Shown: positions 8,074 to 17,866 of the stretch, in pieces
How the letters are laid out: each line of letters starts with the position of its first letter
Numbering within the stretch: position 1 is the first letter of the stretch
Virus record (IMG/VR): IMGVR_UViG_3300042303_000421
Location: 1 to 64,000 of that record
Direction: 5' to 3' (one strand)
DNA from: a virus
Length of the DNA: 64,000 nt
The notes under the pieces: generated by a model
Database searches by the model: none
Seen by the model: only the letters and a program-made list of their open reading frames with translations
What the model was told of the DNA's origin: nothing
Made by a program: the position numbers and the translations under genes

Positions 8074-8459
8074 TGAACAATGTTAAACAAGCAAATATTA
8101 ATATTAAGTTAAAAAACCTATTTTTTAAATGGTTAGAGATAACAAAACCTTTACATAAGTTAACACCACAAGAACAAGATGTATTAGCATTACTATTATA
8201 TTATCATTATAAAACCAAACACGAAACTACAAACGAAAAGATCTTGTGGAAAATAGTGTTTGATTATGATACTAAAATGAAAATTAAAGAAAATTTAAAT
8301 ATGAAAGATAGTGCTTTACAAACAGTACTAACTAAATTAAGACAGAAGAAAATTATAATTGATAATAAAATCTCTCCTATCTTTATTCCTTCATTAGAAT
8401 TAAATAGTAAAAATTTTAAAATGATATATAATTTTAATATTATTAGTGATGAAAAATAA
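8073..8459 (+). CDS. Putative DNA-binding (winged-helix-like) protein
   Basis: LT..E.DVL...Y and C-terminal 'KIKENLNM..SALQTVLTKLRQKKII' HTH-like segment. Confidence 0.5.
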   Translation: MNNVKQANINIKLKNLFFKWLEITKPLHKLTPQEQDVLALLLYYHYKTKHETTNEKILWKIVFDYDTKMKIKENLNMKDSALQTVLTKLRQKKIIIDNKISPIFIPSLELNSKNFKMIYNFNIISDEK

Positions 8460-8718
8460 AACACATGAGAGAAAGGTACAACAATTAATTCACAGAATAG
8501 GTTTAAAACATAACTTAACAGATAAACAGGTTGAGGAGATTATAAATTCTCAATATGAGTTTATAAAAGAAAAAATAATAGAAATAGACATCAATGATGT
8601 TGAAATAAAAAGTAATTTTTTACTTAAATACTTAGGTAAATTGTATATAGATAGAGATAAATTAAAAAGTAAAATTGAATCGTATGAAAGAAGACACGCA
8701 GACAAACATGAATCATGA
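8449..8718 (+). CDS. HU/IHF-like DNA-binding protein
   Basis: Helical N-terminus (LIHRIG.KHNLT..QVEEII) then F.L..LGKL beta segment. Confidence 0.5.
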   Translation: MKNKTHERKVQQLIHRIGLKHNLTDKQVEEIINSQYEFIKEKIIEIDINDVEIKSNFLLKYLGKLYIDRDKLKSKIESYERRHADKHES

Positions 8719-9061
8719 TGATATATTAGATGTTATTACAGATTTTCCTGTAAAACCATTATGGGGGCAAGTGATTATTACAGTTAACACTGATGAAGCA
8801 GACGGAGTATTAGTATTATCTGATAGTTCTTTTTCTGAAAAACAATATGTTGTATCAGGAAGTATTGAATATGGAGATACTAAAGTTGTTCCAGGAACAC
8901 CAGTATTGATTGATATTAAGAAATTAATGAAAACTGTAAAGACAGAAGTTGATAATGTTTATGGAGAATATAAAGTTGTAGAAATTGATCCACTTAAAGT
9001 AAATGGAATAATGTATGCAGTAGTAGATAGTAGAGTAATTAAAGCAATTGATTTAAGATAA
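8684..9061 (+). CDS. GroES-like co-chaperonin (divergent)
   Basis: VKPL...VIITV start, GVLVL loop, V.PG..VL, and Y.VV....I.AID end resemble Cpn10; near GroEL; start could be 8708. Confidence 0.5.
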   Translation: MKEDTQTNMNHDDILDVITDFPVKPLWGQVIITVNTDEADGVLVLSDSSFSEKQYVVSGSIEYGDTKVVPGTPVLIDIKKLMKTVKTEVDNVYGEYKVVEIDPLKVNGIMYAVVDSRVIKAIDLR

Positions 9062-9080
9062 TAAATAAAAAATAGAAAAT

Positions 9081-9329
9081 ATGACAATAGTATTAAGTAT
9101 TGTATTGATTTTAACTGTAGCAGCAGTATTTAAATATAAAAGAAAAATTAGTGAATTGAATGCAACAATAGATGCATTAGAACTTGAAATTTTAGAAATA
9201 AACTATAGATGGGAAAAAGAACTTAATGTTTATCAACTTAGTATTGATAATCTTAAACTTACACAATGTAAGAATGAGTGTAAAGAATCTGAACCAGTTG
9301 TAGTTAAAGTTAGAAAACCTAAAAAATAA
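9081..9329 (+). CDS. Small membrane-anchored coiled-coil protein
   Basis: N-terminal TM followed by heptad pattern. Confidence 0.65.
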   Translation: MTIVLSIVLILTVAAVFKYKRKISELNATIDALELEILEINYRWEKELNVYQLSIDNLKLTQCKNECKESEPVVVKVRKPKK

Positions 9330-9895
9330 TGAAGTTATTTGAAATGAAAAACCATGACCTCCAGACGAACGAAGCTCTCTGGGGGTTATTACCTTTTAAA
9401 GCTTTACTAAAAAGAGATAAAAGTAGAAATAAAGAAATTGTATTTAAAGAAATACTCTTTATTTATTTTTATTGTGATATCCGTTCTGATTATGTTTATA
9501 TAACTAATGATGAACTTAGAGCTAAAGAGATACAAAAAGATGTTGGTTTACCTACAGAATGGAAAATAGATAAAGCTATTTTAGATGCAATTGAAATGTA
9601 TGAATCTAAAACTATAACTCCAGTAGGTAAATTATATAAAAGTTCATTAAAAGCAGCAGACGATATTTCTAATTATTTAGAATCAACAAATGTACTTTTA
9701 AATGAAAGAACGGATAAAGGTAGTGTAGTAACTCCTTTAACAACTATTACTTCAGCTCTTAAATCAGTACCAGGTATTATGAGAGATTTAAAAGCAGCTT
9801 ATAAAGAAGTAGTAGCAGAACAAAAAGAAATGGAAGGAAGAACTAAAGGTAGTCGTACTTTAGGAATGTTTGAAGAAGGATTTGATCTTAATTAA
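9329..9895 (+). CDS. Conserved crAss-like protein upstream of terminase (possible small terminase subunit)
   Basis: 188-aa helical ORF; function inferred from position only. Confidence 0.5.
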   Translation: MKLFEMKNHDLQTNEALWGLLPFKALLKRDKSRNKEIVFKEILFIYFYCDIRSDYVYITNDELRAKEIQKDVGLPTEWKIDKAILDAIEMYESKTITPVGKLYKSSLKAADDISNYLESTNVLLNERTDKGSVVTPLTTITSALKSVPGIMRDLKAAYKEVVAEQKEMEGRTKGSRTLGMFEEGFDLN

Positions 9896-9896
9896 T

Positions 9897-10463
9897 ATGA
9901 AAAATAATATTTGTATTTACAGACATATTAGGTTAGATACTAATAAAATATTTTATATTGGAATAGGTTCTTTAAAAAGAGCTTATAAAAAATATGGAAG
10001 AAATACTTATTGGAAAAATATTACTAATAAAATAGATTATGAAGTACAAATTCTTAAAAAAGATTTGACTTGGGAAGATGCTAAAGAATTAGAAATAATA
10101 TTAATAAAATATTATGGTAGAATAAATAATAATACAGGTATTTTAGTAAATATGACAGATGGTGGTGAGGGACAACTTAATTTTAGGCCTACAAAAGAAA
10201 CTAGAGAAAAAATTGGAAATTTTCATAGAAATAAAAAAGTATCTTCTATTTCAAAAGAAAAAATGTCAAAAGCTAAAGAAGGTATGTATTATTTAGAAAA
10301 TAATCCTAATTCTAAAAAAGTTGTAAATATAAAAACAAATGAAATATATAACACTTTATTAGAAGCGTCTAAAAGTATTAACATGAATTATAGTTCTTTT
10401 AAATGGGCTATTAAACATAAAAAGAATTTTAATTTTAAATATTTACAAATATGGGAGAAATAG
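9897..10463 (+). CDS. Homing endonuclease, GIY-YIG-like with NUMOD3-type repeats
   Basis: IYRH.R.D....FYIGIG...RA, E..LI..YGR, N.TDGGEG, ETREKI / SKEKMSKAK. Confidence 0.85.
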   Translation: MKNNICIYRHIRLDTNKIFYIGIGSLKRAYKKYGRNTYWKNITNKIDYEVQILKKDLTWEDAKELEIILIKYYGRINNNTGILVNMTDGGEGQLNFRPTKETREKIGNFHRNKKVSSISKEKMSKAKEGMYYLENNPNSKKVVNIKTNEIYNTLLEASKSINMNYSSFKWAIKHKKNFNFKYLQIWEK

Positions 10464-11923
10464 AATTTAGTCCGAAAGATAAATTAAAAGAAGGTGTTAG
10501 AAAGTTAGCACAAGCAGTAGGTTCTACAATGGGCCCTAATGGTGCAACTGTTATTATTCCTGACAAAGATAAATTTAATAGTTATAAGATAACTAAAGAT
10601 GGTGTATCTGTTGCTAGAGAAATTAGATTTAAAGATCCTATTGAAAATATAGGTGCTAAACTAATTAAGGAAGTAGCAGAGTTACAAGTTCAACAAGCAG
10701 GAGACGGAACTACTACAGCAATTGTATTAGCTTCTGCGTTTATTGAAAACTTATTTGAATTTGAATATAATGATATTGAAAAAGCATTTGATGAAATTAT
10801 ACCTAAAGTATTAAAACAATTAAAAGCTAATTCTAAAGAACTTAAAAAAGAAAATGTTAAATATGTAGCAACTATATCTGCTAATAACGATTCTAAAATA
10901 GGTGATTTAATTCAAAAAGCTTATAATTTTTCAAACTTAGTTAAAGCTGAAAAAGGTATATCACAAGAAGATAAATTAGATTTGGTAGATGGTATGAAAT
11001 TACTTTCTACATATTTTTCTAAAAACTTTATCACAAATAAAGAAAAAGCTGAGTGTAATTTAGAAACACCTAATGTGTTGTTAATTGATGGTAAATTAGA
11101 AGATTTAAAACCTTATACAGGTATTATTGAAACTAAAGCAACTAATGGTCAATCATTAGTAATTGTAACTGAACACATATCAGATAAAGAATTACGTAAA
11201 TTAGAAGCACATGTATTAAGTAAAAATATAAAATTATGTGTTATTAAAACTCCAGGATTTGGTCAGTTTAGAAAAGATATATTAAGAGATCTTTCAGACT
11301 TTACAGGAGCTTCTGTAATCAATAATCCTAAAGGAGATGTAAGTATTTCTGCTTTAGGTAAATTAAAGTCTATTAAAGTAACTAATGATTCAGCGTTACT
11401 TGTTAAAGATGATTCTATAAATGTAACAGAACTTATTGAAAGTTTAAAAATACTATCTAAAAATTTAACTAGCTACGATAAAGAACAAGTAGATAAACGC
11501 ATTGAACAGTTAACTGGTAAAGTTGCTGTTATTTATGTTGGTGGTGGTTCTGAATTAGAACGAGATGAAAGATTTGATAGATATGATGATGCTATTAAAG
11601 CAGTAGCTTGTGCATTAGAAGAAGGTATTGTAGAAGGTGGTGGTTATGCTTTAGCTGATGTTCAAAAAATTATATATGAAGACTTTTATCAGTATAAAAA
11701 TAATTCAAATATAATTAATAATTTATTATTAGTTTCATTAGTTAAACCTTGGAATACAATAGTAAATAATGGTTATATAAATGTTAAATCAAATACAATG
11801 TTTGAACAAAATATCATAGACCCATTAAAAGTAACCAGATGTGCATTAGAAAATGCGGTATCTGTAGCTAAAACAATTTTGTCAACTAAGACAGTTGTAT
11901 TAAATGAACAAGAATGGAATTAA
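10451..11923 (+). CDS. groEL: Phage-encoded group I chaperonin
   Basis: TMGPNG, ITKDGVSVA, AGDGTTT, ATISAN, K.PGFG, EEGIV.GGG, IIDP.KVTR.ALENA.SVA. Confidence 0.95.
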   Translation: MGEIEFSPKDKLKEGVRKLAQAVGSTMGPNGATVIIPDKDKFNSYKITKDGVSVAREIRFKDPIENIGAKLIKEVAELQVQQAGDGTTTAIVLASAFIENLFEFEYNDIEKAFDEIIPKVLKQLKANSKELKKENVKYVATISANNDSKIGDLIQKAYNFSNLVKAEKGISQEDKLDLVDGMKLLSTYFSKNFITNKEKAECNLETPNVLLIDGKLEDLKPYTGIIETKATNGQSLVIVTEHISDKELRKLEAHVLSKNIKLCVIKTPGFGQFRKDILRDLSDFTGASVINNPKGDVSISALGKLKSIKVTNDSALLVKDDSINVTELIESLKILSKNLTSYDKEQVDKRIEQLTGKVAVIYVGGGSELERDERFDRYDDAIKAVACALEEGIVEGGGYALADVQKIIYEDFYQYKNNSNIINNLLLVSLVKPWNTIVNNGYINVKSNTMFEQNIIDPLKVTRCALENAVSVAKTILSTKTVVLNEQEWN

Positions 11924-14193
11924 AAAATCTCAATCGTTATCAAACACCTATAACAGATGAATTAAAAGAATCAGTTCCTAAAGAAGTTTGGGAGAATTTA
12001 TTAGAATATGTATCTTCAGTTAAGTTTATACAAAGACTTATTGCACCTGAAGAAGTGAGAGGTTATGCTAAAGACAGACCTAAAGAAACAAAATTTTACA
12101 ATGATGGTAGAATTGAAGTAGATATAACCAATCCTCATATACTTGAGGATATGGACTACTTTAGAGAACGTGCAATTTTCTTTGATAAGAATGGTAGATA
12201 TACTAATCTTATTCCTAATAGTAATCCTAAATCTGAATATGCTCAATTTTGGAAAGATGAATTAATTAAATGGAAAGATGGTGTTGTAAGACCGTCTGAT
12301 GGTGAGTGGATTCCAGGACAATTATATTTTTATTGGAATTACAGTCCAATTTGGTTAACTGAAAAAATGGAAACTACTGTTGTTAATACTAATAAGAAAA
12401 GTAAAGGTGAACGTTTAAAGAAGTTTGCCAAACCTTGGTTAGGTGATTATTTGTTTTATCATTATATGCAACAAGGTAGAGATTATGGTAAACATGGTAA
12501 ACTACTTAAAACTCGTGGAGTTGGTTTCTCTTTTAAAATGGGAAGTATCAGCCCTTGTAATATGTATACATATACAGGATCTGGTAATCCAAACTTTCAC
12601 TTAGCATCTGACAAAACATTTCTTATTGGTGATAAAGGTATTTGGGGTAAAGTAGTAGATACTTTAGACTGGGTAGCTGATACAACACCATTACCTCGTA
12701 TGAGGTTAACAGATAGATCACAACCTACACTTGAGATACAAATTGGTTATAAAGATGAGTATGGTTCACGTAGAGGATTATTATCATCAGTTAATGGTAT
12801 ATCTTTAAAAGATAATCCTGATAAAGCAAGGGGTGTTCGTGGACCTTTAATACATTATGAAGAAGATGGTTTATTTCCTAATCTTGAAAAAGCTTGGGGT
12901 GTTAATAGAAAAGCAGTAGAAGATGGTGATGTATCATTTGGATATATGTTAGCTGGTGGAACAGGTGGTACAGTAGGAGCTTCATTTGAAGGTTCTGAAA
13001 GATTATTCTATCAACCAGATGCTTATAATATTTATGGTATACCTAACGTATTTGATAAGAATACAAATGGTGAAAGTAATTGTGGATTCTTTTGGGGAGC
13101 TTATTTAAATAGAAATGAGTGTTATGACCAAACTAATGGTGAACCTGATGTAATTAAATCTTTAATTGAAATTCTTTTAGATAGACATGAAGTAAAATAT
13201 GGTTCATCTGAATCATCTGCTATTACACAGAAGAAAGCTGAGGAACCTATTACACCACAAGAAGCAGTGATGCGTATTGATGGTACTATATTTCCTGTAG
13301 CAGATTTAAAAGAATATTTAGAAAGTATTGGACCTCGAAGAGATTCATTTTTAGTTGAACATTATACTGGAGAATTAGTAGTTAATAGTCAAGGTTTAGT
13401 TGAATGGAAACCTAATGCTGATTTAACTCCTTTAAGAGCTTATGATTCATCAGATACTAATAAAACAGGTGCTATAGAAATATTTACAATGCCTCGTAAA
13501 AATAGTCATGGTGAAATAACTAGAGGTAGATATATTGCTGGTATTGACCCTATTGATTCAGATACAGGTAAATCTTTATTTAGTGTTTTAGTGTTAGATA
13601 CATTTACAGATACTATTGTAGCAGAATACTCAGGTAGACCTAGATTAACTACTGATGCTTATGAGATATGTTTAAGACTTCTTAAATTTTATAATGCTGA
13701 AGCAAATTATGAAGCTAATTTAAAAGGTTTATTTTCTTATTTTGATTCTAAAAATTGTCTTCACTACTTAGCTGATGTACCTCAAATTCTTAAAGATATG
13801 GATATGGTAAAAGCTACTAATTTATATGGTAATAAAGCTAAAGGTACACACGCTAATGCAAACATTAATAAATGGGGTAGACAACTACAAGCAGAATGGA
13901 TGTTAACAAAGTCTATACAATCTGATGATGAAAATCCTAAATTAAATATGCATTATTTAAGAAGTATTCCTTATATACAAGAATGTATAGCTTGGAATGC
14001 TGATGGTAACTTTGACCGTGTATCTGCAGCAGGTATGTTATTTATACTACGTGAAGATAGATTTAAAAGAATACAGTCAACTAAAATAAATGATAGTAAC
14101 AAAGGTAGTAAATTATCACATGATCCATTTTTTGAAAAAAACTTTAAAAAAGATAAAGATAACAATAAGCTATTAGGAAAAATTAATTATTAA
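11914..14193 (+). CDS. terL: Terminase large subunit
   Basis: KTRGVGFS Walker A variant, IHYEE Walker B, GTGG, IAGIDP nuclease motif, NFDRV; directly upstream of portal. Confidence 0.92.
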   Translation: MELKNLNRYQTPITDELKESVPKEVWENLLEYVSSVKFIQRLIAPEEVRGYAKDRPKETKFYNDGRIEVDITNPHILEDMDYFRERAIFFDKNGRYTNLIPNSNPKSEYAQFWKDELIKWKDGVVRPSDGEWIPGQLYFYWNYSPIWLTEKMETTVVNTNKKSKGERLKKFAKPWLGDYLFYHYMQQGRDYGKHGKLLKTRGVGFSFKMGSISPCNMYTYTGSGNPNFHLASDKTFLIGDKGIWGKVVDTLDWVADTTPLPRMRLTDRSQPTLEIQIGYKDEYGSRRGLLSSVNGISLKDNPDKARGVRGPLIHYEEDGLFPNLEKAWGVNRKAVEDGDVSFGYMLAGGTGGTVGASFEGSERLFYQPDAYNIYGIPNVFDKNTNGESNCGFFWGAYLNRNECYDQTNGEPDVIKSLIEILLDRHEVKYGSSESSAITQKKAEEPITPQEAVMRIDGTIFPVADLKEYLESIGPRRDSFLVEHYTGELVVNSQGLVEWKPNADLTPLRAYDSSDTNKTGAIEIFTMPRKNSHGEITRGRYIAGIDPIDSDTGKSLFSVLVLDTFTDTIVAEYSGRPRLTTDAYEICLRLLKFYNAEANYEANLKGLFSYFDSKNCLHYLADVPQILKDMDMVKATNLYGNKAKGTHANANINKWGRQLQAEWMLTKSIQSDDENPKLNMHYLRSIPYIQECIAWNADGNFDRVSAAGMLFILREDRFKRIQSTKINDSNKGSKLSHDPFFEKNFKKDKDNNKLLGKINY

Positions 14194-14243
14194 ATAATAA
14201 TTTGCTTTTTATTTGGAATTTTAATAAAAATTTTGTATATTAG
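14168..14243 (+). promoter_or_regulatory. Portal promoter with AGCTATTAG box
   Basis: AGCTATTAG 14168-14176, TTTG 14212-14215, N20, TATATTAG 14236-14243. Confidence 0.7.
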
Positions 14244-14264
14244 CAAGTTTAATAAAAATATCAT

Positions 14265-16637
14265 ATGAGAATAAATAATTTAACTTTACCAAGACAAAGA
14301 CTTTCGTATAATCAAAAGACTAAAGAATGGCGAAAAGATAATGTTGATTATGCTGATAAGTTTTCTTTTTATAATAGTGAGAATGTAAGAAATACTCTTA
14401 AAAATAAAATTACAAATTTAAATCTGTATAATGGAATAGTTGATGTTAGAGATATGGCTAATGTTGTAAATCCTCATCATTTAGATGCATCATTTATTCC
14501 AGACAATATTCCTCATCATGCAATAGCTGTTCCTAAAATAGATTTATTAGTAGGAGAAGAAGTTAAAAGAAGATTTGACTGGTCAGTTATTGTAACTAAT
14601 CCTGAAGCTGTAACTAAAAAAGAAACAGCTAAAAAGGAATTTATAATGCAAAAATTAACTGAGTATTTACAAGCTAATTATGCAGAAGAGGAACTTGATG
14701 CTAAAATGCAAGATCTTCAAAAATATTTAAAATATGAATGGCAAGATCTTAGAGAAAAGATGGCTAATCAGATTTTAAGACATTATTGGAAAGAACAAAA
14801 GTTTGATTTGATTTTTAATAACTGTTTTAAAGATGCATTATTATTTGCAGAACAAATTGTTCAAGTAGATGTAATTCACAATGAACCAGTACTTATTAAA
14901 TTAAATCCTTTAAAAGTACATGCTGTACGTTCAGGTAATTCAGATAAGATTGAAGATTCTTCTATTATCATTATAGAAGATTATTGGAGTCCTGCATACT
15001 GTATTGATGTATATCACGATCAACTTAAACCTAAAGATGTAGATGCTATTTTAGAATACACTACAGTTAGTTCTAATGGATCATATACAGATGATGATAA
15101 TAACCATACATTACTTCGTGATGGTATGGAAGGTAATCATATGATTGATGGAGTATTAGATTTTGCGGAAATTAATGGACATATATTTAATAATAACTTT
15201 ACAGATGAACATGGTAATATACGTGTACTTAAAGTAATGTGGAGATCACTTAAACTAATTAAGAAAATTAAATTTTATGATGAGTTTGGTGAAGAACAAT
15301 ATAAAATAATGTCAGAAGAATATCAACCTGTAAAAGCACTTGGTGAAGAATCAACTGAATTATGGGTTAATGAATGGTGGGAAGGTGTTAAGATAGGTAA
15401 AGACATATATGTTAATATGCGTCCTAGACCTGTTCAATATAATAGATTAAATAATCCTTCTTATTGTCATCCTGGTATTATAGGTCAAATTTATAATACT
15501 AATCAAGGACGAGCGGTATCTTTAATGGATAGAGTTAAAAACTCTCAATATATGTATGATGCTATGTGGGATAGACTTAATAAAGCTATTGCTACAAATT
15601 ATGGTAAAATTGCAAATATTGACTTAGCTGGTATTCCTGATGGATGGGAAATAGAAAAATGGTTACACTTTGCAATAGTTAATAAGATTGCTTTTAGAGA
15701 TTCATTTAAAGAAGGTAATCAAGGTGCTGCTACAGGTAAACTTGCAGGTTCATTTAATAATGGACAATCAAGTTCAATTGATATGGAAACAGGTAATTAT
15801 ATACAACAACATATTCAATTACTTGAATTTATTAAAATGGAAATGGGTGAACTTTGTGGTGTTAGTAAACAACGTGAAGGTCAAATATCTAATAGAGAAA
15901 CAGTTGGTGGTGTAGAACGTTCAGTAAATCAATCTAGTCATATTACTGAAAGTTTATTTATGTTACATGAAAACTTTAAGATTAGAGTATTAGATGCATT
16001 TCTTGAAACAGCTAAGTTTGCTTTAAAAGGTAACAACTTAAAAACACAATATATATTAGATGACCAAACAGTTGAGATTCTTAATATAGAAGGTGATGAA
16101 TTTGCAGAATGTGATTATGGTATCTTAACTTCTAATTCACCTAAAACAATTGAGTTAGATCAAATGATGAAACAACTTGCACAAGCATATTTACAAAATG
16201 GTGGTTCAATGTCTACAATTATAGATATTTATATGTCACCATCTATTATGGATATGAAACGTAAAATTGAAGAAGCAGAAGAAAAACAAGCACAACAAGC
16301 ACAAGCTCAGAATGAAGCAATGCAAGAACAAACACAAGCAATGGTTCAAATGGAGCAAATGAAAATTCAATTAGAAGATACTAAAAATATTCGAGATAAT
16401 GAAACTAAGATTTATATTGCTGAGTTAACTAAAGGAACAGAGCAGACATCTACAGATGATGGTATTTTAGATCCTCTTGAATTAGAGAAACATGAATTAA
16501 ATAAAGAAAAAGTTAAAAATGATTATTTAGCTAAGATGAAAGCATTACAACAAGATATGGAAAAACATAAAGATAATGTAATGTTGAAAAAAGAATCTAA
16601 TTCTATATCTAGAATTAAGAAAAAATCAAGCAATTAG
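14265..16637 (+). CDS. Portal protein
   Basis: 790 aa, LP.Q.L...K...W start, PKIDLL.GE, G.S.QREG.I...E.VG.V, Q-rich C-terminal coiled coil; between terL and capsid. Confidence 0.88.
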   Translation: MRINNLTLPRQRLSYNQKTKEWRKDNVDYADKFSFYNSENVRNTLKNKITNLNLYNGIVDVRDMANVVNPHHLDASFIPDNIPHHAIAVPKIDLLVGEEVKRRFDWSVIVTNPEAVTKKETAKKEFIMQKLTEYLQANYAEEELDAKMQDLQKYLKYEWQDLREKMANQILRHYWKEQKFDLIFNNCFKDALLFAEQIVQVDVIHNEPVLIKLNPLKVHAVRSGNSDKIEDSSIIIIEDYWSPAYCIDVYHDQLKPKDVDAILEYTTVSSNGSYTDDDNNHTLLRDGMEGNHMIDGVLDFAEINGHIFNNNFTDEHGNIRVLKVMWRSLKLIKKIKFYDEFGEEQYKIMSEEYQPVKALGEESTELWVNEWWEGVKIGKDIYVNMRPRPVQYNRLNNPSYCHPGIIGQIYNTNQGRAVSLMDRVKNSQYMYDAMWDRLNKAIATNYGKIANIDLAGIPDGWEIEKWLHFAIVNKIAFRDSFKEGNQGAATGKLAGSFNNGQSSSIDMETGNYIQQHIQLLEFIKMEMGELCGVSKQREGQISNRETVGGVERSVNQSSHITESLFMLHENFKIRVLDAFLETAKFALKGNNLKTQYILDDQTVEILNIEGDEFAECDYGILTSNSPKTIELDQMMKQLAQAYLQNGGSMSTIIDIYMSPSIMDMKRKIEEAEEKQAQQAQAQNEAMQEQTQAMVQMEQMKIQLEDTKNIRDNETKIYIAELTKGTEQTSTDDGILDPLELEKHELNKEKVKNDYLAKMKALQQDMEKHKDNVMLKKESNSISRIKKKSSN

Positions 16638-16711
16638 CTATTAGAAAAATCAATATTAATGAAAAAAATATAAAATATATTTGCATTCTTAATAAAAATG
16701 TTGTATATTTG
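16636..16711 (+). promoter_or_regulatory. Scaffold/capsid promoter with AGCTATTAG box
   Basis: AGCTATTAG 16636-16644, TTTG 16680-16683, N20, TATATTTG 16704-16711. Confidence 0.8.
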
Positions 16712-16739
16712 TATTTTATAATAAAAATAGGGAGAAATT

Positions 16740-17840
16740 ATGGAAGAAAATGAATTTGAAATGGATCTTTTTGGAGATTCTAATTATGATTTAAATTATG
16801 AGGATAATCCTTTTGAATCTTTTACGGAAGAACAAACTGATGATAATGATAATGATGAATCACAAGATGACAACACAGATGATCAATCTGACAACAATGA
16901 TAATAATCTCGACGAGGACGAAGGTTCAGAGGAAGTAGGCGAGGATGAAGTAGGTGATGAAGGTGGGGGTGAAAGTAACAATTCTCCCAATCTGTATTCT
17001 TCTCTGTTTAGTGTCCTTTATGATGAAGGATTACTGCCCTCACTGGATCCCACTTCCACTGAAGTTAAAACTCCTGCAGATTTAGCAGAAGCTTTTAAAA
17101 AAGAAATTGATGTTCAGACTGATTTAAAATTACAAAAGTATTTAGAAAATATTGATGTTAATCAAATAGCACAAAGTAAAGCACAGATTAATGATTTATC
17201 TCAAATCAATGAAGAATATTTAAGAGATAATTTAGATACTGCAAAAGAAATCATTAAACAAGATTATTTAAATCAAGGTTTACCTGAAGCTAAAGTAAAT
17301 AGACTTTTAAATAAAACTATTGATTTAGGTGAAGATATGATTTTGGAAGAAGCTTTAGAATCTTTAGAATCTTTAAAAGTTTTTAATCAACGTAAAATTG
17401 AACAAGAACAACTTGCTTATAAAGAACGATTAGTTCAAGAGCAAAAAGATAATGAAGTATTACAAAATAAAATTAAAGACAGTCTTTATAATTCAAAATC
17501 TTTTATCGAAGGACTACCTGTAAACAAGGCTATCCAAGATAGAGTATATAAAGCAATGAATGATGTTGTAAGTAAAGATCCAACAACAGGTGAAATGGAA
17601 AATGAATTAATGAAATCTCGTAGAGAAAATCCTCTTGAGTTTGATTTAAAATTATATTATCTATATACACTTACAAATGGATTTAAAAACTTTAATAACA
17701 TTGTTTCAAATACCAAATCTAAAGTAATTAAAGATTTAGAAACTGCAATCCGTAGAACACCTGTTAAAGATAATGGAATACCTTCTTTTTTACAAGATAG
17801 TAATTCATATAGTGGTATGGGGGATGAACTTGTTCTGTAA
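16740..17840 (+). CDS. Putative capsid scaffolding protein
   Basis: Very acidic disordered N-terminus, helical body, between portal and major capsid gene. Confidence 0.65.
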   Translation: MEENEFEMDLFGDSNYDLNYEDNPFESFTEEQTDDNDNDESQDDNTDDQSDNNDNNLDEDEGSEEVGEDEVGDEGGGESNNSPNLYSSLFSVLYDEGLLPSLDPTSTEVKTPADLAEAFKKEIDVQTDLKLQKYLENIDVNQIAQSKAQINDLSQINEEYLRDNLDTAKEIIKQDYLNQGLPEAKVNRLLNKTIDLGEDMILEEALESLESLKVFNQRKIEQEQLAYKERLVQEQKDNEVLQNKIKDSLYNSKSFIEGLPVNKAIQDRVYKAMNDVVSKDPTTGEMENELMKSRRENPLEFDLKLYYLYTLTNGFKNFNNIVSNTKSKVIKDLETAIRRTPVKDNGIPSFLQDSNSYSGMGDELVL

Positions 17841-17866
17841 ACAAATAAAATAATTAAATAATAACT

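Noticed and set aside
11914-14193. Intein or intron in terminase
   Set aside because: Continuous ORF with no intein splice motifs or obvious insertion
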